Below are positions 53,150-64,000 of a stretch of DNA of 64,000 bases, one piece after another (positions within the stretch are counted from its first letter, which is position 1; each line of letters begins with the position of its first letter). The stretch lies in NCBI GenBank assembly GCA_951406725.2, contig OX597816.1:116560001-116624000 (forward strand), read 5' to 3'. The stretch is from Octopus vulgaris. Taxonomy: Eukaryota. The translations under genes were made by a program, and so were the position numbers. Below the pieces are notes generated by a model, which saw nothing but the letters and a program-made list of their open reading frames with translations, ran no database searches and was not told where the DNA came from.

Positions 53150-54775
53150 TGTTTAATATTTGATAGTTTGAGGCAAATTTCTACTGCATCACCTGCTACA
53201 CTTCCATGTTACTAGGGTATGTACTGAATTGTGTGTTTTTTTTTTCTTGAGGTGTGGTGCAGTCTTTTGTTGTATTACTGCTTATATTATGTGTTGAGTG
53301 TGTAATGTATTGGTTACTAAGATTTCTGGTGGAAGTTTATTTCACTGGATAATTGCTGTACAGAGTGTGTCTTGTCTTAGTGGGTTGTTTTGTTTAGGTT
53401 GTATTATTGAATTGATAGTGTCATGCATAGGATGTGGACTGTTCCTAACAGGGCTAATTTTGGGATAGTGTGTTATGTTGAAGATTCAGGTACAGCTTCT
53501 ACATTTTTGGTCATGTGTTTTTTTTTTATCATGCCCAATGCTCTAATTATTATTATCATCCTGCATACATAAGTGAAAGCAGGGTATTGTAATCACTTGT
53601 CTTTGTCTATATGTCTGTGTGTTTGCAAAATTACAAGAAAATGGCTGAATAGATTTTCACCAAATTTAGCAGAAATATTCATTGGGTGAGTGGCTTCAAA
53701 TGACAAAAATTTGGTTTGATTATCTTCAAACATACATTGATATAACCATAAATATGCAACTCTCTCTGTGTGTGTGTGTGCGTGTGCATGCATGCATGCA
53801 TGTGTGTGTGTGAGTACAGTGATGGATTTGAGGGTTTCATTTATTTACAAGTTAATTTCTTAATTTCATTGGGGTATAAATACCTATAATGGTGATACAT
53901 AAAAAAAAATTTTTTTTAATCAAACTCACAAATTTCCTGATAAGTAAGTGGTCATATTATTTGTATCCTACAATGAACTACAGTACATTTGATTCACCTG
54001 CCATCATTGAAAGACGTTGAAAAATTTTCTATAAGTACTTCATTTTGTTCACTTTCTTTTTCATAATCATGATTATTTATAATAATGATTATTATTTGAA
54101 TAATCATTTATTTAGCCATATGCAAATTGTATGTTGAACTTTCCAAAACAACCTTTGATTTTCTTTGTCAACTCATATTTTAGCATTTCACTGAAAAACT
54201 ATTAAAATAGAAAGTTTTTTTTTCAACACAGATGATTCTTCAGTGAAAATTTGGATAAGTATCTTCATTTTATGTTATTTTTTTCTTAATTTTAATTCTA
54301 GACCCCCTAAAATAGCATTCAAATTTCTTTGCCAACTCGTATTTTAACGTTTTTATGGAAATAATCAGTAGAAATATTTATTTGCATGTAGGGTATGTGT
54401 TGCCCTTCCGATGCCCATTTTTTCATTAGTATTGTTTTCACTTTCATGCCCCATATCTTGAATACTTCAATTTTGAGGTCTTTGTACTTTGACAATTTCT
54501 CCACTTTTTTGGGGGACAATATTTTGATCAGAAGGGACTACAATGTCTATCAGTAAGCAAGTGTTTTTTTCCCAATCCTTGATTATTATGTCTGAGTGAT
54601 TAGCTTTTATTCCTTTCTCAGTTTAAACCAGCATATCCCACATGAATATGTCTTGTACCTTGTTTGGCACATGTTTATACCACCTATTGTCCGTTTTAAT
54701 ATTGAAATATTGGCATATTGCCTAGTCGATATAACTGCTTACTTGATCATCTCCGTACATATATTCAGATCTGGC
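53150..54775 (-). mobile_element. R4/Dong-like LINE fragment split by a HINE
   Basis: EKLSKYKDLKIEVFKIWGMKVKTI (right part) continues as IIRALGMIKK (left part) across the insert. Confidence 0.7.
53553..54423 (+). mobile_element. Helentron-associated non-autonomous element (HINE/DINE-1-like)
   Basis: 5' CATCCTGCAT..GCAGGGTAT inverted repeat, GTCT-rich tract, 3' subTIR ATGTAGGGTAT, T-run end; inserted at a T-rich site. Confidence 0.65.
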
Positions 54776-56847
54776 AAGGACTGGGCAGCCAGAGATAGCA
54801 AGCTGGCAGAGTTGTTAGCATGCAAGGCAAAATGGTTTGCAGTATTTTGTTTGTCACTATGTTCAGAGTTCAAATTCCACCAAAGTCAACTTTACCTTTC
54901 ATCCTTTCAGGCTTGATGAAATGAGAACCAGTTATGCAGTGGGTTTGATTTAATTGACTAGCCCCTTCCCCCAAAATTTCAGGCCTTGTTCCTATAGTAG
55001 AAAGGATTATTATTATTACATAGACTGATAACAAATTCTTACTCTTGTCAGAAATGAAGCTGTATCACAGTATTTGAAGAATAAAGAAGATTCAAAACTG
55101 GAATTTCAGGAAAGGAATGCATTTCTCTCTTGTATCATTATTGTTGTTGTTGTTTTCTATTAATTTTTTCCAGCTAAAATAATAATAAAATTATTATCTA
55201 AATCTGCTAATAGAATAAAATCCAATAATAGGTGAAGAAGTTTCCAGTAATTTCAACAACTGCAACAGCAACAAAACCTAAATAAAAGTGTTAAGAAGAA
55301 AAAAATTGTTAATTTGCCAAATCAATAAATTTACCTAATTTCAAACGATTTGATCCAAAGATTGGCCATATGTAGCAAAGAAGCTGTAACTCTGATTGTA
55401 TCATATGATTGTAAACATTACATTTTGGAATCAGAAAAATTAATCAAGTTTAGCTAAGGTAATTAAGGGGGATCTATAAAATGGAACTTGTGTATTTCGG
55501 CAATTAATTTCCTACAATATTTTGGACTTGTGAATGTTATTGGATATCAGAGAGAGAAGGTGTTAGCCATTTAGTGATTTTGTGAAGAGTAAACAGGAAA
55601 CTGAGAACAAAGTGGAAAAGTTGTATTCAATATAAAGTCAATAAGGAGTAATTTAATTTTTCTATCAAATTGATACTGAGTTCCACTTCCATGATTCTGG
55701 AAAACTGTTAAAAGAAATATTTGCAGCAAAGAATAAGTTAAAACGTTAAGCAGAAAGTGTGAAAGTAAACTTGCTGTTGACAGCTCACATAAATACATAC
55801 ACACTGATAAGTGAGACTATGTGAAAAATTTGGCTGCTAGAAAAAGTAGTGAGTGCTCCCTCAAATCATGTTCTATGGTTATCTGAAAGGAATTAGCAGA
55901 TTCATTAGATAATGTGCCCAGAAAGAAAACATGATATTCATAGCCAGACTGCCAATTATCATAGGTTTGCTCAGTAAGAGCTGTACTGGAGCTAAACAAT
56001 ATCATATTCAAAAGCACAATTTTATTTTACTTTATACCCAAATACTCATACATACAGTTCAACACATGTACACAGACACAGACACACACATACACAAGCA
56101 CTCAAGAGTTCCAGTTGATCAGATCAACAGAACAGTCTGCTTGTGAAATTAATGTGCAAGTGGCTGAGCACTCCACAGACATGTGTACTCTTAATGTAGT
56201 TCTCAGGGAGATTCAGTGTGACACAGAATGTGACAATGCTGGCCCTTTGAATTACAGGTACTGCTCATTTTTGCCAGGTGAATAGACTGAAGCAGTGTGA
56301 AATAAAGTATCTTGCTCAAGGACAAAATGCATCATCAGTTTTTGAACTCACAACCTTGTAATCATGAGCCAAATACCCTAAACACTAAGTCACATGCCTT
56401 CACACACATACATTAAGGCATGTTCAAGAAGAGATATGCACACAATTATGTGCACACAGAGCCAACAATCCAGGTATCTGTACATGAGATTATACTTCAG
56501 TATATAGAGAATATGACGGGAATAAAACTAATTTAAAATTTATACATTGTTTTTTAGCATATCTATATACAGTTACTGAAGCAGTTTGTCATTGCATACC
56601 ATGTTTACAATGGTATCCAACCATTCATTCCTTAAATCAGAATTTGTACATAATTTCTCCAGGTAACACAATGAAGATAATGTTTTAATTTGGTAAGTTG
56701 CAGATATATGATGTACATGGTTAATAGGTGAATAACTTAGCAATAAAGGAGAATTTTTGAATGAAAGAGTAAAAGTAAAAGGGAACTGTGGAAGTGGTCA
56801 GAAAAAGTTAATCAAACAAAATACAAGATACACAAATATATAAAGTA

Positions 56848-57228
56848 CTAGCAGTATCACCCGGCGTTGCTCGGGTTTGTAAGGGAAATAACTATAAAGC
56901 ATTTTTAGAGAGTTATAGCAAAAAATGCATTAAAAATGGAAAAAAAATTATGGTAAATTTTTTTAAATCGTTGACTCATCGTAGACATTTTTAGAGAGTT
57001 ACTTCCCTTATATTTAAAAAAAATATGCATTAAAATGGAAAAAATGATGGTAAATTATTTTTAAAATCGTAGATTCATTGTAGACGCGCGATAGTACCCA
57101 GAAGGGCTTGATATAAATCACGACTATAAGATACCCGGTTTTGGTTAAACTGCACCGCAAAATGTGGGAGTAGTTAGGAATCTAAATCGGAGTAGACAGA
57201 CACTCAACCTTACTTCTTATCCCTTAGA
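56848..57228 (-). mobile_element. Non-autonomous Helitron
   Basis: Minus 3' end: CCCGAGCAACGCCGGG hairpin, 8 nt, then CTAG|T; internal ~85-bp tandem duplication; 5' end approximate. Confidence 0.8.
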
Positions 57229-57282
57229 CGGTTATTGAAACAGCTAACTCTACTAACCTATGTATATATATATGTGTGTATG

Positions 57283-57333
<51 letters not shown>

Positions 57334-58259
57334 ATGTGTATGTGTGTGTGTGTGCGTGTGTGTATGTATATGACTGGCTTCTTTCAGTCTCCACCTACTT
57401 CATTTACTCACAAGGCTGTGCTCAGTCTGCCAAGATTCCACACAGTGGGACTGAACCAAAAGCCATGTGGCCTTATTTGATTCCACAAAATGTTTTTACT
57501 TCACAACCACCCCTATGCCTATATTTCCTTTCTCCTTTTATAGAAAAAAATACGAACTAAAATGGAAGTCTATGAACATGATGTGGTCTACTGATCGATT
57601 TAGGAGGGCAATAGCTCTGAATAAGAAGTGATTCATATCAGAATAACCTGTCCAACCAACACATGCTATTAAAAAAGCAAGAATGATCTGACGATGATAA
57701 TGATGATCATGATCATGATCAAGATCATGATGATAATGATGACTGTTTTGGTGCATACACAAACAGTTATCCTGCTTCATCTTTGCAATGCTTAGAATTT
57801 TTATAGACTCCTGTCACATTAGTTTTGTGAGCTCAATGGAGTTTCATAGGTGGTCTCTATTTTAAATTGTCAGTGCTTTGTAATAATCTTGGAATTGATG
57901 GGACTCTAGTCACACGATGAACAGGATCTCAGAATGCAAGGAGTTAAATTAGATTTTGCATGAGACCTCATTTGATGTCACAAAATTTCCACTATCCAGG
58001 AGATTGGTAATTTATTTATTGACCCTCACCAACAAGATGAAAGGCAAAAATCAACTTTGGTGGCATTTGAACTCAAAAGCAGAGCGAACTAACACAAACA
58101 CCACAAGGTATTCTATTTAACACTTTAATGATTCTGCAAATTCACACTCTTATTTACATGTACACATGCGTGTGTGTGTGTGTGTATCTGTGTGTGTGTG
58201 TTTGTCTGTCTGTCTGTGTATGTATTAATGTATGTGTGTATGCATAGACACACACTTGC

Positions 58260-58293
<34 letters not shown>

Positions 58294-59692
58294 CAATGAG
58301 TAAAAAAGTGGAAGACAGCTTATCTGAAGATCTTTTAAATTCAAAATATTCAAACTACCAAAACACCAAAAATAATAATACATAAGGGTCCAATTCAGTT
58401 CAAAGCATGCATTTATGCACTAAAATATTATGATTCATGAATGAGTGAACAAATAAATAAAGCTTATGCGATATTATACATGCTTCAAGCTAAACACTCA
58501 TAGTACTGGACAATGGTTGTATAAATAACAAATTTGTTTTGTTTTTTGTTGAATTTTTTTAATCAGTGTAGTTACTTTTCAAGGCTACAAAGTAGAAATC
58601 AACAAATATTTTAGGTAAAGCATTTGTACCAGGCAGAGTTCAGCTGAGATTTTATCAGAATAGTGATAGTATTAAAAAAATGAAAGAAAACAATGTTGTC
58701 AAAAGAACTGTTTCTAGTTAATAATAAATATGAAAAATTGTAATGCAGTTTGATAACCTTTATACCTGAAAGGATTGGAAATAGAAACATTTTGGATATT
58801 TTGGGGTTTCTTTTGAATTTCTGGGTCAATTTTTGTAGTATCAATAAACATCAATAAGTTCTTCTTTATCTTTGCACTAATACCCTTAAGAATATCTGCA
58901 GGTTTCCTTCAACATTTTCAACATAAACAAGAGTACAACACACTAGGCAAGTAAAGCACATATGAAAGTGTTGCTATCAAGGCTTCTGCCAACAAATCTG
59001 CAATGACTTAAATGGATTAGACAAGTCCAAGCCAAGGCAGGTGGGATCATTCAAAACTCATTACCCTCAAGAGTTGTACCTTGCTCAGAAATATTCCAAG
59101 TGCTTTGTGTAATTTTTACACTTGTGACCCTTCCAAATTCTTTTGGGATTTATAAATATATATTGATTAACCTATACTATCAAAACTATTCACTAGATAA
59201 AACTAGCTAACCACTTCTAAATTTACAGAATATCATCACTGTCATTATTTTTACGTCTACTTTTCTGTACTTGCATGGGTTGGGTGGGCACTTCCAAACA
59301 CTGCATCTCACTGTTCATTGTATTTCTTTGTCACTCTGTTTGTCAGCTTTCATCACTTCTACCAATGTCTTCCTAGGTCTTTTACTTCCACATTTTCTTC
59401 CTACTTCAATCTTTGGGCACTTCTTTATCCATCAGTTATCATCCATGTTACATTAAATATCTATGCCATCATAGTCTCCTCCTCTCTTGCACACTAAATT
59501 TGATTCCTCTTATACCCAGCTTATCTTTCAATCAGTCTGTACCATGTCCTTCATGCACACCAACATCCTGTGGAGCATGCATGCATCATTTCACTTCAGC
59601 CTTTGCATATCCTTTTTGTTCAGTACCCACATCTCACTTTTCATGCAGCACTACACTGAATATCAAATTCAGCATTAAAATTTTGTGTATTA

Positions 59693-59734
<42 letters not shown>

Positions 59735-59805
59735 GTATTAGGGAGTATATCCAAACTTACAGGGAAAAATTAGATTTAGTATTAAATCAAATTTCACAGT
59801 ATAAA

Positions 59806-60975
59806 TATAAATTAAATTAGAGATAAAACCACAATTAGGCAACTCAAACAGTGATAGACATAAACCAAAACATAAAAAAAACAAAAAATAAATATAACTA
59901 ATATAATATACAATATATATATATAATATAAAATTTAAAATTTAAATTATTAAAATTTTAAATTTTTAAATTTATATTTATAAATTTTTATATTTTTATA
60001 TTTTTAATTTTTAATTTTTAAACTTTTAAACCTTTTTTAACCAGAGATAAGGAAACCATGATGGTCCTCTGGTGGACATTCGTCCTCAGCCGCCTGGATT
60101 ACTGCTCACAGATATGGTCACCCACCAGTGTAAAATTAACAGCGGACCTTGAAGCAATCCAGAGAAGATTCACAAAGAAGATCGTCTCTTTGGAACAGCT
60201 CAGCTACTGGGAAAGGTTGAAACAGCTAAGACTCTACTCCCTGGAGAGAAGACGGGAGAGGTATGCAGTAATATATGTCTGGAAGATCCTGGAAGGAATT
60301 GTGCCAAATTTTGGCATTGTAAGCTACACCAATGCTAGAACGGGACGACACTGCATAGTGCCAAAGATCCCAGCAATGCCATCACACTTCAGGACCAGCT
60401 TTTTAATATTCTCCCAAAGAGTCTGAGGAACTTGCACAAAGTAGATGTAGCGGTTTTTAAATCAAAGCTGGACATCTTCCTGTCAAGAGTCCCATGTGAA
60501 CCTACCTCACGGCAAGAGGTGCAAATGAGAGTAGCTATATCAAACTCCATTCTTCACCAAGTGCCACATATTAGACGAGGTCTGTCGTAATAACAATGTA
60601 GCACAAAACGGCAGTGCGTCAGCATGGCCGCAGCTCTGAGCTGAAACTAGAAAAAAAAAGTATAAAAAAGTTAAATATAATATAATATAGTTATTATACT
60701 TATTATATTATATTTAACTTTTTTATACTTTTTGGTTAGTTAAAAAAAGTTTAAAAGTTTAAAAATTTCAAATTTAAAATATAAAAATATAAAAATTTAT
60801 AAATATAAATTTAAAAATTTCAAATTTTAATAATTTAAATTTTAAATTTTATATTATATACATATATTGTATATTATGTTAATTATATTTATTTTTTGTT
60901 TTTTATATTTTGGTTTATGTCTATCACTGTTTGAGTTGCCTAATAGTGGTTTTATCTCTAATTTAATTTTTATAT
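59806..60975. repeat. AT-rich fold-back element (arms ~59806-60042 and ~60734-60975; axis ~60695)
   Basis: AATTAGAGATAAAACCAC..GGCAACTCAAACAGTGATAGACATAAACC is mirrored at ~60912-60962; inner palindrome 60655-60733. Confidence 0.9.
60039..60655 (+). mobile_element. CR1/L2-group LINE 3' end, 5'-truncated
   Basis: FVLSRLDYCSQIWSP..LEAIQRRFTKKI..LSYWERLKQLRLYSLERRRER; A-rich tail. Confidence 0.9.
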
Positions 60976-60988
60976 ATATATATATATG

Positions 60989-61880
60989 CGGGGGGTACCC
61001 AAAAGTAACCAGAAACCTTCTCTGAGGGACAAACCTGTTGTAGTTCAGGTTTCCACAGTTAAAAGCCACTTGATACGATCCCCAGGCATCAGTCTACTGA
61101 CCAGCATCATCGTGTGAAGTTGTACTGCCACATGGTGCGTCGTTGTTTTGCAGTGCTTCACTGTTGATTTTTGTGATGGCTGGAATGATGGAAGAGTGTG
61201 CTTCTGGGCAATTCTGTTTTCTGCTGGGTAAAACAGCAGCTGAAACAGTTGTCCTGTTTCAAACAGCCAATAAGGATGCTGTCATGATCAGAGCACAAGT
61301 TTACAAATGGTTTCCATGCTTTAGGAATGGTCACTTGTTGCTTGAAGACCTACTTCATTCAGAACAACCATCAACCTCCCAAACAAATGAAAACATCATG
61401 AAAATTCATGCAATGATCTTGGAGAACTATTACTGAACAATTGACAAACTTGTTGATATGACTGGTGTGTCCTGGAGCTTGTGCCAAAGAATTTTGAGTG
61501 AAGAATTGTGAATGAAAAGAGTTGCAGCAAAATTTGTGTCTCACTTACTCAAGGAACATCAAAAACGGTCATGACTGAATGAGTGTTGTGAACTGAGAGT
61601 ACAGATAAAAGTTGATCTGGACCTTTTTTTTGGAGGTTATCCTTGGTGATGAAAGCTAGTGCAACAGAATTTGCAGATGTGGAAGGGATGAAAAACAAAA
61701 ACAATGGAGGGGCATAAAGGCATCACTTTGCAAGAGTTCTACCACTGCTTCCAACAGTGGAAAACACATCTGGACCGATGCATTGCTTCAAATGGAGAAT
61801 ACTTTGAAAGCAATTAAAATGTATAAGTAAGTGAATGAAACAGTATTGCAAAATTCTGGTTTCTTTTGGGTAGCCCCTTG
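60989..61880 (+). mobile_element. Internally deleted mariner with both TIRs
   Basis: TIRs GGGGTACCCAAAAGTAACCAGAA / TTCTGGTTTCTTTTGGGTAGCCCC; FCFLLGKTAAET, RAQVYKWF, MKRVAAKFV, GDES, then jump to CFQQW..RCIASNGEYFE. Confidence 0.9.
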
Positions 61881-62519
61881 GATATTGTATCATTTATAGT
61901 AAGGGAGCTGGCACAAAATATGCAGGTAAGAATAAAATTTTAACCAGTGAAGTATGTATAATTAAGAAAATGCTTTCCCTGCTGGACATCCATCTTTACA
62001 ACTACCATTCAAAAAGAAGCACACCTCAGCAACTAACTGTCAGGCTCTCCATACATAATATTAGATTCTTTACTTTGTATTTTAAAAGGTTTTGCCACAA
62101 AGCTATGTCTTATTTTTATATATTTTCAATTCTTTTCTCCATAGATCACTATGGCAAACAATTCAAAAAGAGAAAAATACAATAAAAATACACACAAACA
62201 AACTTGAGGAGGCAGAGAGAGAAATTTATGTTCATTTTTTTTAAAGAAAGTATTTATATTATAAAAATTCATTCAATCATTCTTGTTACTTGTTCCTGTT
62301 TTCTGACAGCTCACTTCTCATCTCACACAAGCAAGCACAAATACTCAAACAAATACAATTATACACACACACACACATGCACACACATATACATCACACA
62401 CAAATACAGCCACATACTTACATGTATTGAAAGGCATATGCTACCACATGTATATTCACAAGTCTGACTGTGAGAACTACTGTGAATGCATATCGTTTTT
62501 ACATATACATATGGTTGCA

Positions 62520-62555
<36 letters not shown>

Positions 62556-62633
62556 ACTCAACAGATAATGTGTGTATACAGTTTATTATGAACAACTCCC
62601 ATGTGTGCATGAGCGTTTGTGTGTGTGTGTCTG

Positions 62634-62669
<36 letters not shown>

Positions 62670-62817
62670 AAATAAAATACAGAAGGGTATTCAAATACCA
62701 CTTGCTATAAACAGAGCTGTCGCTCTAAACAACAATTTACTCGCTACAAAAATACAGAGGTTGTGGCCATTCTTGAGCACTACCATTGGTGTGATTGCTA
62801 AGTTATTTCATACAAGT

Positions 62818-63250
62818 ACAAGCATGGCTGTGTAGTAAGAAGTGTGCCTCTTAACCATAAGGTTCTGTCTTCCATCTTACTTCATGGTACTCTCACTTCA
62901 TTTAGGAATGGTCACTTGTTGTTAGAGTCTTCTACTATAGTTTCAGGTTGACCAAAGCCTTGTGAGTGGATTTGGTAAATAGAAACTGAAAGAAGCCTGT
63001 CATATATATAAATGTGTGCGTGTGTGTGTGTCTTTGTATCTTTGTGTCCCCCACCACTGCTTAACAACTGGTGTTGGTGTATTTATGTCCCTATAACTGA
63101 GCAGTTTGGCAAAATGACTGATAGACTAAATACCAGGTTTCAAAAATAATAAGTACTGGAGTTGATTCATTCAACTAAAATTCTTTAAGATAGTGCTCCA
63201 GCATGGCCACAGTCTAATGACTGAAACAAGTAAAAGACAAAAGATAATAG
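62818..63250 (+). mobile_element. Family B SINE with a foreign ~30-nt insert
   Basis: Head, core and tail as in 4784-5134; insert near 62892-62925. Confidence 0.8.
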
Positions 63251-63887
63251 ATACATATATGGTTCAGCTAACGCACACACATATATGGAAAAATTAGCAT
63301 AAAAATGGTAACAATGACAATGTAGCTTGATGTGAAGGAATTGAGGATTAAAATTTTGGTGAAAACATTTGAAAAATAACTGGTGTATTTTATGGAATAA
63401 TTTCAAGCTCTTCATTTCTATTGCAACCAAGCAGCAAAATGGCTGTGTTAATAGGATACTGCACAAAATGCTTCATTGACGCAAGGCTATAGTAGAACAC
63501 ACTTGCCCAAGGTGCTGTGCAGTGTGACTGAATCTGGAACCATGTGATTGGGAAGCAAGATGCACACAGCCACACCTGCACCTATTGATGACTTTTACTT
63601 TTATTTGTTTCAGCCAGAGGCTGTGGCCATTCTTGAACACTACTATTGGTGTGATTGCTAAGTTATTTCATTTCTCTTCCACAGCCCTGCCTCCATATTT
63701 GGTTCTGGTTTCATAGTTACAAAATCAGTGATTGTATGACACTGTTTTCTATATATTGAAAGAGAGGTAAACTGCTGCCATGCCTGGAGATTCAATACAC
63801 CACCAAGGAGATACAAAACTGATTGAAACCACATGGTGTGGTGGTCTCAAAGCAAGGGTGGCAGGAGTTATCTCCCACTTGCAATAA

Positions 63888-63930
<43 letters not shown>

Positions 63931-64000
63931 CATTTTCAGGGGTGTTTTGTTTCACTGTTGTCCTAAAAGCAGCTACACTTCCCTTGGGAATTGTGAGTGC

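Noticed and set aside
63795-63850. ACCACCA..GAAACCACATGGTG..TGGTGGT hammerhead-like layout
   Set aside because: No NUGANNA core; at best a heavily decayed relic

Overview
AT-rich, repeat-dense eukaryotic non-coding DNA, either intergenic or inside a very large intron. The (TA)n/(TGTA)n/(TAT)n microsatellite load and the tRNA-derived SINE families look like an Octopus (coleoid cephalopod) genome; this is inferred from recalled repeat sequences, not from a search. No intact host gene was found, and nearly all ORF-track entries are microsatellite or decayed-TE artefacts. The window holds decayed mariner/Tc1 transposons, a MITE, a Helitron, a Helentron-type HINE, two Ty3/gypsy remnants, LINE fragments (RTE, HERO-like, R4/Dong, Tx1, CR1/L2-group) and many SINEs. 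The main signal is at 2.3-4.8 kb: a stack of unrelated, (TA)n-embedded, fold-back modules, three of which carry minimal type-I hammerhead ribozyme motifs, each with a different non-canonical 3-8 core pair (U3-A8, G3-C8, U3-G8). One module is a very young 361-nt tandem, circularly permuted, retrozyme-like unit. A canonical C3-G8 hammerhead lies at about 25 kb. All structures were read by eye and none was computed.
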